Origin: Bacteroidaceae bacterium
GTDB lineage: Bacteria > Bacillota > Clostridia > Oscillospirales > Acutalibacteraceae
NCBI GenBank assembly: GCA_963620305.1
Contig: CAVFAD010000002.1
Coordinates: 2,086 to 66,085, forward strand
Direction of reading: 5' to 3'
DNA length: 64,000 bases
Below are positions 53,591-61,826 of this stretch, piece after piece. The translations under genes and the position numbers were made by a program. Below the pieces are notes generated by a model. That model was given only the letters and a program-made list of their open reading frames with translations. It made no database searches and had not been told where the DNA came from. Each line of letters begins with the position of its first letter. The first letter of the stretch is position 1.

Positions 53591-54361
53591 ATGATGATAA
53601 ATGACGAAAGAAAAAAAAGAGGAAACAGGATAAAGGCGGGGCACGCGGTGTATATCGCGCTCGGTGTGTGCGTTTTGGCTGCGGGAATGATAGGTTATAT
53701 ATCCTCGCTGCAGCTGCCCGATGTCGATACGGATATTACGCAGCCGAGAGTGACATATTCTCAGTCCGACGAGCCGACATACCGCAGCGAAAAGGTGACG
53801 GTAGACATGAATGCGGCTTTTACTCAGCTGCCCGCAGAGCCTGTAACGCAGAGCGAGACAGCGGAAACGGAGGCGGACGCGCAGGCGGTCTTCGGCAGCG
53901 AAAACGAGAGCCTTACGGAAGAAGCCGACACTGCGCCGACACAGTATCAGCTGCCGCTGTCTGCCGACATGGGCAAGGATTATTCGATGGGTGTGCCTGT
54001 TTTCAGCGCGACAATGAGCGACTACAGAACGCATAACGGTGTCGACTTTGTCGGCAAGCCGGGAGATGCGGTGAAGCCTATTGCGGCGGGACGCGTTATC
54101 TCGGTCGAAAACGATACGGTGCGCGGAAATGTCGTAGCGGTCGATCACGGCGGCGGTGTCGTTTCTTATGTGTGGGGACTGGCGGATGAGGGTCTCGTCG
54201 CCGATGGAGTCGAGGTCATCGAAGAATCGGTCATAGGTACACTCGGAACGGTGCCGTGCGAAAGTAAGGACGGCGATCATATTCATCTTGAGGTGCGTGT
54301 GAACGGCGCGCTTGCCGATCCGCTTGAGGTTATGGGACTTGCCGAAAATCCGACGGAATAA
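53591..54361 (+). CDS. M23 family metallopeptidase (membrane-anchored)
   Basis: GGGAGG RBS. Motifs HNGVDF, VDHGGG and HIHLEVRVNG. Confidence 0.85.
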   Translation: MMINDERKKRGNRIKAGHAVYIALGVCVLAAGMIGYISSLQLPDVDTDITQPRVTYSQSDEPTYRSEKVTVDMNAAFTQLPAEPVTQSETAETEADAQAVFGSENESLTEEADTAPTQYQLPLSADMGKDYSMGVPVFSATMSDYRTHNGVDFVGKPGDAVKPIAAGRVISVENDTVRGNVVAVDHGGGVVSYVWGLADEGLVADGVEVIEESVIGTLGTVPCESKDGDHIHLEVRVNGALADPLEVMGLAENPTE

Positions 54362-54452
54362 ATCAAAAAAGGCAAAAAAACCTTTGACAACCGAGACGGT
54401 ATGTGCTACCCTTTTCTTTGTTGATTCTATACAGAGAAAAGGGTGCATTTTT

Positions 54453-55385
54453 ATGCAAAAAACACAACTCAAGGGCGTATTTATGCTTTTGCTTACCGCG
54501 TTTATCTGGGGGTCGTCGTTTGTCGCACAGGGAATGGGCATGGAACAGGTGCAGGCCTTCACGTTTAACGGCATACGAACGCTGCTCGGCGCAGCCGTGC
54601 TGCTGCCCGTTATCGCGGCGGGTGAAATACGCAAAAACAAAAAAGCACCCGTTTCAAAGGAAGTCAAAAAAGCGGAAAACAAAAAAGTGCTCAAAAAAGG
54701 TACCGTACTCGGTATAATGCTCTGTGTTGCGGGAAATCTTCAGCAGTTTGCTTTTAACTGGACTTCTGCGGGAAAAATCGCATTCATCACCGCGTTCTAT
54801 ATGCTGTTCGTGCCCGTGCTCGGACTTTTTCTCAAAAAGAAAGTTGCGCTGCCGACATGGCTGTGCATTGTCGCGGGGGTCGTGGGTCTGTATTTTCTGT
54901 GCATATGCGGAAAAGGTCTGTCGGGCATAAATTTCGGCGATTTTCTCGCATTTCTGTGCAGTATTGCTTTTGCCGTTCACATTCTCACTGTGGAGCGCAT
55001 TGCGGGGGATGTCGATTCCGTAAAGCTGTCCTGTGTGCAGTTCGCCGTGGCGGGCTCCGTTACATGCATACTTATGTTTATATTTGAAGAACCGACCGCC
55101 GCCGCGCTGAAGGCATCCGCCGTGCCTATAATGTATTCGGGATTTTTGAGCTGCGGTGTGGCATATACGCTGCAGATAGTCGGTCAGAAGTACACCGAAA
55201 GCACCGTCGCGTCGCTTCTGATGTGTATGGAGTCCGTGTTCGGGGTCGTGTGCTCCGCGATAATCTTAAAAGAAAAAATGACCGCTTGGGAAGTGCTCGG
55301 CTGTGTTATTATGTTCGTTGCCATTATTGTTTCCCAAATAAATTTCAAAACGCTGTTCGCTCACCGAAAAGCCGCTCGGCTGTGA
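54453..55385 (+). CDS. DMT/EamA family transporter
   Basis: LLTAFIWGSSFVAQ signature. 10 TM segments and two EamA halves. Confidence 0.8.
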   Translation: MQKTQLKGVFMLLLTAFIWGSSFVAQGMGMEQVQAFTFNGIRTLLGAAVLLPVIAAGEIRKNKKAPVSKEVKKAENKKVLKKGTVLGIMLCVAGNLQQFAFNWTSAGKIAFITAFYMLFVPVLGLFLKKKVALPTWLCIVAGVVGLYFLCICGKGLSGINFGDFLAFLCSIAFAVHILTVERIAGDVDSVKLSCVQFAVAGSVTCILMFIFEEPTAAALKASAVPIMYSGFLSCGVAYTLQIVGQKYTESTVASLLMCMESVFGVVCSAIILKEKMTAWEVLGCVIMFVAIIVSQINFKTLFAHRKAARL

Positions 55386-55477
55386 GTAAAAAACCGTTGA
55401 AAAACGAAGAAAGCCGCACGGCAGCGGCCTTGTCCTTCATAAATAAAAACAGGCTCCCGATACACGGGAGCTTATTT

Positions 55478-56215
55478 TCAGCCGTTCAGCTCGTCTTCCA
55501 CCGAGGGGAAGATGAGATTTTTTATGATAACGTTTATGCAGAACCAGTTTTCCACTGCGGAGATGTTTTCTTTTTCGCTTGCCTTTTTCGCGGCGACACC
55601 TGTTATTTTTCCGTTCGCGTCGATAAGATAAACCCGCCGAAGATCGTCCGCAGTGCGCCCCGTTTTCGAAGAAAATTCAAACACGTAATTCTGTCCGCTG
55701 TCGGGTACGCTGTACACCGCCGCAAGGAGAGACGCGTCTATGCCGCGTTCCTCGCTTACGATTACGGTGAATTTATTGCCGCGAGAGGTGTCTACTTCCA
55801 TTTTTCCGTTTGCGCTCGGCAGCTCAATGCTCAGGTCGACCTCGGTCGAAGCGGGTTTTTGACCTTTTTCCGTCGTCGGCTCGTTTGCCGCAGAGGGCAT
55901 TTCGGTTTTTCGTTCGGAGGGCGACTCCGTTTTCGGCTCCGTCGTCTGCGCTTTTGTTTCTGCGGCTGTCGACGGAAGCGCGGCAGGGACGGTAAGAGTG
56001 CCGTCACCGTTTTGCGTGACGGTTTCGGAAATGTCGGTTGTACCGTCGCTTTGTGCTTCGCTCTGCGCGGACGGCTCGGACGCACGGTAGACATACGACG
56101 AGGTTTCGGACACGGAGGTATGCGCCGGGGCGACAACCTGTCGGCACGACGTTATCAGTGTTGTTATTACGGACAATGAAATTGTCACGGATAAAAACGG
56201 TAAAAGATGTTTCAT
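55478..56215 (-). CDS. Lipoprotein, unknown function
   Basis: Lipobox LITSC. Ser/Thr/Glu-rich linker followed by a C-terminal domain of about 110 aa. Confidence 0.7.
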   Translation of the reverse strand: MKHLLPFLSVTISLSVITTLITSCRQVVAPAHTSVSETSSYVYRASEPSAQSEAQSDGTTDISETVTQNGDGTLTVPAALPSTAAETKAQTTEPKTESPSERKTEMPSAANEPTTEKGQKPASTEVDLSIELPSANGKMEVDTSRGNKFTVIVSEERGIDASLLAAVYSVPDSGQNYVFEFSSKTGRTADDLRRVYLIDANGKITGVAAKKASEKENISAVENWFCINVIIKNLIFPSVEDELNG

Positions 56216-56265
56216 AAAAAAATCCTTTTGAATGTCACAGGCTGTTTCGCTTCCGACGGGCGGCG

Positions 56266-56306
56266 AAAATCAGCCTGTCAAAACCGACACGGGTTCGACT
56301 CCCGTC
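56266..56306. repeat. 41-nt element related to 45741-45781 (34/41 identical), tRNA T-arm-like
   Basis: Compare aaaatcagcctgtcaaaaccgacacgggttcgactcccgtc with caaatcagcctgtaaaaaacggcacgggtttgcttcccgtc. Confidence 0.8.
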
Positions 56307-56548
56307 AGCTTAATTATACGGTGCAGAGCCGATTTATTCAAGTGCGATATTGTGAACAAAATTTGTCGCTTTTTTTACTGCGGAAAACGCTGCGCAGAAA
56401 AAGAAAGCGTCGCCTTGTCGGGTGTAAAACAAAAACCGTACGTCGCAAAGCTCGTGGTTTGATGCGAAATGCGAAATACGGTCTAATCTTTTCTTTTGTT
56501 TTTTGACGCACGGCAGGCGGTACGCGTCCGACTGAGAGCGTGCGGTTA

Positions 56549-56821
56549 TTATGCGCCCGTGATGGTTGAAAGTACGGTGGAGGCACCCGATGAAGAAAGC
56601 ACATCGATTACGCCGGTTACGAGCGACGCTATAACGCTGCTGATGTCCGTTGCACTGACACCCGTGAACACGGACAGAATGCCGGTTGCGATGTTGCCGA
56701 GTCCTTCAAGCGATTTTGTGTCACCTGCGCGAACGGTGGCGATTGCCGCGTTGAAAGAATTGTTGATGGCATCGGAATCAAAACCGAGATTAGCCAAAGT
56801 CTGAATTAAAGCCTGTAGCAT
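56549..56821 (-). CDS. 90-aa G/S/T/I/V/A-rich small protein, unknown function
   Basis: AAGGAG lies 8 nt upstream of the ATG. An AT-rich promoter region lies upstream. Sequence begins MLQALIQTLANLGFDSDAINN and ends VIDVLSSSGASTVLSTITGA. Confidence 0.65.
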   Translation of the reverse strand: MLQALIQTLANLGFDSDAINNSFNAAIATVRAGDTKSLEGLGNIATGILSVFTGVSATDISSVIASLVTGVIDVLSSSGASTVLSTITGA

Positions 56822-56948
56822 TTTCACCACTCCTTGTTTTCAATAGCATTGTACCATTATTTTTTTACTTTATTGTTCCGAAAAAGAAAATAACCATAAA
56901 AATATTACGAAAATATTGCCAAACCGTAAATATTCATACAAAAACGCT

Positions 56949-58319
56949 TTATTCGTCGGATTCACCCGCCGATGCGCCGATATTTATGTCTTCCGATACG
57001 GCTGCGCCGCAGTCGGTGCCGCCGCAAAGGTTGTCGCAGAGGTCGGCTCCGTCGGTGTCGCCGCACGGTTCGCCGCAGTCGGGTTCGCAGCAGAGGTCAT
57101 TTTCTTTGTCGGTGCCGCTTTCGTCGGGGGAATCACCGTTTCGGCTGTCGGCGGACGAAAGGGAGACATCCGCTTTCGTTTTGAAAAGATGAATTATTCC
57201 CTCGTCATTGAGCTGCTTTATCACGATTACCGCAAACGGAAGTATGAAAAAGCCGAGGATGCCGAGCGTTTTTGTTCCGATATACATGGCGGTTATGGTG
57301 ACTATCGGCGAAAGTCCCGCCTGACCCGCTACGAGCTTCGGCTCTATTATCTGTCGGATAACAAGGATTATCGCGTATATTATCAGCAGTCCTATGCCCA
57401 TCGGAATATTGCCCGTTATAAAGCTGTAAATTGCCCACGGAATAAGCACCGTGCCCGTGCCGAGTACGGGAACTATGTCGATTACGGCAATGACGAGAGC
57501 TATCATGAAAATGTAGGACGAATCGTAGATTTTCAGCAGCTTGAGCGTATAAAGTCCGATGCAAAGCTCCGTTGTGGTTATGAGCACGATAAGAGAATAA
57601 GCCTTGAGCATTTTGCGGAGCGAACCGAAAACGACGTGCTTTGTGTTCAGTATTTTGCGGCGCGTGTCGGCCGACACCTGACGCAGGATAAAGTCGCGTA
57701 TTCTTTCGTAGTCCGCGCAGATGAACACTGTGGCTATTATCGTAATAAGGATGCTTATGAGCACCGACGGAAGCTGACCGACCGTTTTTTTGATGACACC
57801 GCCGCCCTTGGAGAGAATGCTTGACCAGTCGATGCCTATGGAATCGAGAGAGAAGTCCGAAACGCCGTTTTCCGTAAGATTGTCGAAAAACGAGGTTATG
57901 CTCTGTGTCGCTGCCGTGCGCAGCGCGTCGGGCAGAAAGCCTACGGCATTTACGGCATAGGTCTTAAGTGTTTCGCATATTCCGCTGATGTTGTGGAATT
58001 TCAGCTTTATAAATTCGATGAACCCCTTTATCTGTTCCGCTATCTCCATGCCGAGCAGCATAAAAAGCGTCACGACGGCTCCGAGAATGAGTACCACGAA
58101 CAGCGCACTGAGCGGTGAACGCGGAATTTTGAGTTTTTTGTTGAAAAATGTTATGGGACGGTGCAGCAGTATTGCAAAAATGAACGCAAAAACAAACGGC
58201 ATCAGGATTCCCGCAAAGGTGCGGAAAACGAGATAGAAAGCTGCCAAAATCATGATGAAGTATGCGACGTTTATCAGTGCCGACAGTCTTTTTTGTGTCG
58301 ACGGACTCAATCCCTGCAT
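56949..58319 (-). CDS. AI-2E family transporter (YtvI/PerM-like) with a Cys/Asp-rich C-terminal tail
   Basis: AAGGGGA RBS, about 8 TM segments, family-like core. The tail is DLCCEPDCGEPCGDTDGADLCDNLCGGTDCG. Confidence 0.75.
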   Translation of the reverse strand: MQGLSPSTQKRLSALINVAYFIMILAAFYLVFRTFAGILMPFVFAFIFAILLHRPITFFNKKLKIPRSPLSALFVVLILGAVVTLFMLLGMEIAEQIKGFIEFIKLKFHNISGICETLKTYAVNAVGFLPDALRTAATQSITSFFDNLTENGVSDFSLDSIGIDWSSILSKGGGVIKKTVGQLPSVLISILITIIATVFICADYERIRDFILRQVSADTRRKILNTKHVVFGSLRKMLKAYSLIVLITTTELCIGLYTLKLLKIYDSSYIFMIALVIAVIDIVPVLGTGTVLIPWAIYSFITGNIPMGIGLLIIYAIILVIRQIIEPKLVAGQAGLSPIVTITAMYIGTKTLGILGFFILPFAVIVIKQLNDEGIIHLFKTKADVSLSSADSRNGDSPDESGTDKENDLCCEPDCGEPCGDTDGADLCDNLCGGTDCGAAVSEDINIGASAGESDE

Positions 58320-58629
58320 TGCTGTGATTCCCCTTTAATTTTTCGGAAAATATACTGTACTGTTATTTTACACCCTTTTATACCGATATACAATACCGCA
58401 GGCTTTTAAAAAACCTTTAATTTTGCCTTTTTAAGTGCAAAACATGTATTTTGCGCCGCAGTGCGTCCGGGTTCGGAGATGTCTTTTGTGCAGCGGCGCG
58501 CCCGCGTTCGGAGCCGTCGTGAGACGGATGCCGCACCGCAGTCCGAAAAAAGCAGCGCGAAAAAGGCGGCGTGAAAAAGGCAAGCTGCGGCGGTGAAGCG
58601 GCGGTGAAGCGGCGCGGAGAAAAAAACTG

Positions 58630-58659
58630 TTGACATATACGGTTCTTCTGTTATATAAT
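58630..58659 (+). promoter_or_regulatory. Sigma-A-type promoter upstream of rpmH
   Basis: TTGACA, 18-nt spacer, TATAAT. A second TATAAT lies at 58743-58748. Confidence 0.5.
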
Positions 58660-58766
58660 TGGGTACTGTAGAAATAGGGGCACTGCGCCTTTTTTTCGGT
58701 ATGCGGCATGCTTTCTCTGTGTTTTTTTTGCCGCAGTAATGATATAATGAAATGGAGGGGTAACCG

Positions 58767-58901
58767 ATGAAAAGAACTTACCAGCCCAAAAAGCGTCAGC
58801 GCAAGATGGAGCACGGTTTCCGTAAGAGAATGTCTGACCGCAACGGACGCAAGGTTCTCGCCCGCCGCAGAGCAAAGGGCAGAAAGATGCTCACTTACTG
58901 A
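58767..58901 (+). CDS. rpmH: 50S ribosomal protein L34
   Basis: Not in the ORF track because it is under 60 aa. GGAGGGG RBS. Sequence [44 protein letters not shown]. Confidence 0.95.
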   Translation: MKRTYQPKKRQRKMEHGFRKRMSDRNGRKVLARRRAKGRKMLTY

Positions 58902-58929
58902 TTACCGATCCGAAAGGACAGGGTGAAAA

Positions 58930-59265
58930 TTGACCCATACTCAAACGCTTAAAAAAAACTGCGATTTCCGCCGCGCCTACGGCAGAGGAAAAGTGTACAC
59001 AAATCCTGCGTTGGTAACTTACGTAGTCAGAAACCGCGCGGGAGTTTGTCGTATGGGGATCACCACGGGAAAAAAGATCGGCAATGCGGTTCGGCGCAAC
59101 CGCGCCCGCAGGGTCATCAGGGCGGCGGCAGAGATGCTGCCCGTGACAAAGGGCGGGTACGACATCGTTTTTGTGGCTCGCGCCAAAACGGTGTACAAAA
59201 AAAGCACCGATATCTATGCGGTGATGAAAAAGCAGCTTGCTTCGGCGGGTGTTATAGATGCGTAA
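58930..59265 (+). CDS. rnpA: Ribonuclease P protein component
   Basis: TTG start after AGGGTG. LKKNCDFRRAYGRGK...RNRARRVIR pattern. Position directly after rpmH. Confidence 0.9.
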   Translation: MTHTQTLKKNCDFRRAYGRGKVYTNPALVTYVVRNRAGVCRMGITTGKKIGNAVRRNRARRVIRAAAEMLPVTKGGYDIVFVARAKTVYKKSTDIYAVMKKQLASAGVIDA

Positions 59266-59530
59266 AGCGGCTCTTAAAATGATAGAGTTTTACATGCGGC
59301 GCATATCCCCTCTTTTCCCCGCGCGCTGCAGATATTATCCTACCTGTTCGCAATACACCTACGAGGCTGTCGAGCGTTACGGCTTTATTGTCGGTTCGCT
59401 GCTCGGCGCGCTGAGGCTGCTGCGATGCAATCCGCTTTGGCCGGGAGGAGTGGATCCCGTGCCGGTGTTCAAGCGGATAGACTACACGAAAAAGAAAAAA
59501 CACCACGAAACTCCCGGAGGTTCTAAATGA
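59258..59530 (+). CDS. yidD: Membrane protein insertion efficiency factor YidD
   Basis: Motif RRISPLFPARCRYYPTCSQYTYEAVERYG. Confidence 0.9.
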   Translation: MRKAALKMIEFYMRRISPLFPARCRYYPTCSQYTYEAVERYGFIVGSLLGALRLLRCNPLWPGGVDPVPVFKRIDYTKKKKHHETPGGSK

Positions 59531-60513
59531 CGATATTAAGAGATTTTTTGGCTGTCCCGTTCGGGTGGGCACTCGGCGTATTTTACAGCTTCAGCGGAAA
59601 TTATCTGCTTTCGCTTGTTATTATTACGCTCATTCTGAAGCTTTTGCTTCTCCCGCTCGGCATAAAGCAGCAAAAGGGCGCTGCCAAGCAGATGCGGCTT
59701 CAGGCGAAGGTAAACAAGATAAGAGCCAAATATGCGGGTGCCGGCAGAGAGGGTCAGATGAAAATCTCCGAGGAGACACAGGAGCTTTACAGGCGCGAGG
59801 GCTTCAATCCCGCAAGTGCGGGCTGCGCCCCGATGCTTTTGCAGCTCGTTGTCATGATGGGTCTGTACGGAGCCATCTATTCGCCCATTTCAAAGGTGCT
59901 TATGTTTAAGGATGCGGTCATAGAGGAGCTTACGCGCGTGTACCTTACACTGCCCAATCTCCCCGAAAACGCCGCAAAAGACACCTACAGAATGGAGCTT
60001 AACATTCTCAACCGTTTCAGCGAGATCATCCCCAACGCAGACACTTCGATAGTGTCGCAGGAGACGGTCGAAAAAATTCAGAATTTTATAAGTCACTTTA
60101 CCATTTTCGGCGTAAATCTTACCGAACTGCCCAAAAACTTCAAGGGCAGAGAAGATGCCGTCGCGCTTATTCTTATCCCCGTTCTTGCGGGTGTGTCGGC
60201 TATGCTTACGGCTGTTTACAGCTACATAAAGCAGCGCAAGACCAACCCCGAAACCGCCAAGAACCCCGCAATGGGCTGCATGATGCTGTTTTCTCCCGCG
60301 CTCAGCGTTTATTTCGCGTATTCGCTCCCCGCAGGCGTCGGATTTTATTGGATAATTTCCAACATTCTCGCATTTATTCAGACTGTTGCGCTTGCGGTGG
60401 CCATAAAACCCGAAAAGGTTATAGCGGGGCAGATGATAGACGAAACCGTCGAACGGCGGTCGAGAGAAGAAAGCATTAAAAAACGCGTCGCATTTTCAGA
60501 GAAAAAACAGTAA
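59527..60513 (+). CDS. yidC: YidC/Oxa1 family membrane protein insertase
   Basis: GGAGG RBS. The start overlaps the yidD stop. LPLGIKQQKGAAKQMRLQ...ELYRREGFNP pattern. Confidence 0.9.
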   Translation: MTILRDFLAVPFGWALGVFYSFSGNYLLSLVIITLILKLLLLPLGIKQQKGAAKQMRLQAKVNKIRAKYAGAGREGQMKISEETQELYRREGFNPASAGCAPMLLQLVVMMGLYGAIYSPISKVLMFKDAVIEELTRVYLTLPNLPENAAKDTYRMELNILNRFSEIIPNADTSIVSQETVEKIQNFISHFTIFGVNLTELPKNFKGREDAVALILIPVLAGVSAMLTAVYSYIKQRKTNPETAKNPAMGCMMLFSPALSVYFAYSLPAGVGFYWIISNILAFIQTVALAVAIKPEKVIAGQMIDETVERRSREESIKKRVAFSEKKQ

Positions 60514-60555
60514 CGGTAAAAGCGAAACGGTTAGCCAAAAGAAAGGATTTTCGTC

Positions 60556-61662
60556 ATGATAATCGAAAAAATCGGCACCGGTGCCACTGTCGAAGAAGCA
60601 TTCGCGGATGCGAAGGCTCTTCTTACCCCTCCCGAGGAGGCGGAGCTTCATCAGGAGATACTTGAGTATCCCAAAAAGAAGCTTTTCAGCAGAGTTCCGG
60701 CTAAAATAAAGGTCTGGTATGAGATACCCGATGCCCCCGCTGCCAAAGCCGAGGCAGGTTTTACCGCTCCCGCTCCCAAGGCGGAAGCTGCGGAGACGTT
60801 TTCCGTAAAGGCGTCACCCGCCGAGAAAAAGAATCGCCCCGCCGCAAAAAAGACGGCTGCCGCAGATAAAAAGCCGACAGCCGCACCCGCAAAGTCTGCC
60901 GCTCCTGCGGCACAAACAGCCGCGCCTGCGGAAGCTTCGGCACAAACCGCCGCCCCCGCAGCCGAAACACGCGTTCCGTTTGAGATAAGCGAGAATGACG
61001 GCACGGCAAGGCTGCTTAAGCTTATCCTTGCGGGAATGAATATCGAACAGTACGAGCTTACCGGTGAAAAGGCAGAAGAAACAGGCGAGATAATCTACAA
61101 TCTGTCGTGCGGCGACGCGGACGGCGCGATTATCGGCAGACGCGGTGAAACGCTTGATTCGATACAGTATATTCTCCGTCTTGCCGTTAACAGAGGCATC
61201 GACGAGGACAAGCACCGTAAGGTGTCCGTAAACGTCGGCAGCTATCGCCAGAAAAGAAACGACAATCTTCGTGCTCTTGCTGCGAAGAATGCGCGTCAGG
61301 TACTCAAATACGGCAGAAACGCCGTGCTTGAACCCATGAACCCTTACGAAAGAAGAATTATTCATACCGCGATTCAGGGCATTGAGGGTGTTACTTCTCA
61401 TTCCGTCGGTTCGGACGGCAACCGCAAGGTTGTCATTTCCCTCGAAGAAGGTGTGCAGCCTACTCACGCTTCGCGCGGCTACAATAACCGCGGCAGGGGC
61501 GGCTATAACAAAGGCGGCTACAACAAGGGCGGCAGAGGAAACGGCAGAGGCGGCTATCAGAAAAGAGAACCGTATAAGCCTGCCGTTACGCGTGAACCCC
61601 GTCAGGATTCAGCCGGCAGTCTTTACGGCAGAATAGATATTCCCGCAAAGACCGAGGAATAA
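60556..61662 (+). CDS. khpB: KhpB/Jag RNA-binding protein (Jag_N + KH + R3H) with an A/P/K-rich linker and an RGG-like tail
   Basis: GATVEEAFADAKALL (Jag_N), GRRGETLDSIQYILRLAV (KH), YERRIIHTAIQGIEGVTSHSVG (R3H). The tail is GYNNRGRGGYNKGGYNKGGRGNGRGGYQ. Confidence 0.9.
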   Translation: MIIEKIGTGATVEEAFADAKALLTPPEEAELHQEILEYPKKKLFSRVPAKIKVWYEIPDAPAAKAEAGFTAPAPKAEAAETFSVKASPAEKKNRPAAKKTAAADKKPTAAPAKSAAPAAQTAAPAEASAQTAAPAAETRVPFEISENDGTARLLKLILAGMNIEQYELTGEKAEETGEIIYNLSCGDADGAIIGRRGETLDSIQYILRLAVNRGIDEDKHRKVSVNVGSYRQKRNDNLRALAAKNARQVLKYGRNAVLEPMNPYERRIIHTAIQGIEGVTSHSVGSDGNRKVVISLEEGVQPTHASRGYNNRGRGGYNKGGYNKGGRGNGRGGYQKREPYKPAVTREPRQDSAGSLYGRIDIPAKTEE

Positions 61663-61751
61663 TCGGTTATACGTACAAAGCAGGCGAAATATTCGTTTTC
61701 GCCGCAAAAAAACAGATGAGCGTTTTATTTCGCCCACCTGTTTTTTGTTTT

Positions 61752-61826
61752 GTTCGGCAAAAGCTTTTTGTTCGGCTGAAGCTTTTTTTTGTTCGGCTGA
61801 AGCTTTTTGTTCAGCAGAAGCTTTTT
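61752..61826. repeat. Four tandem 18-21-bp units (gttcggctgaagcttttt-like)
   Basis: Units at 61752-61769, 61770-61790, 61791-61808 and 61809-61826. Each contains the palindrome aaaagctttt. The last unit overlaps the pepT stop. Confidence 0.9.

Noticed and set aside
56239-56312. Possible tRNA gene suggested by the GGGTTCGACTCCC T-arm.
   Set aside because: No complementary acceptor stem, D-arm or anticodon arm can be drawn. I treat it as a T-arm-like repeat or relic instead.
58320-58766. oriC / DnaA-box cluster expected next to rpmH.
   Set aside because: No TTATCCACA or TGTGGATAA matches are present, and there is no AT-rich unwinding element. The near-matches at 26003-26035 (caatccaca / tttgtggaa) are more simply explained as an operator-like inverted repeat.
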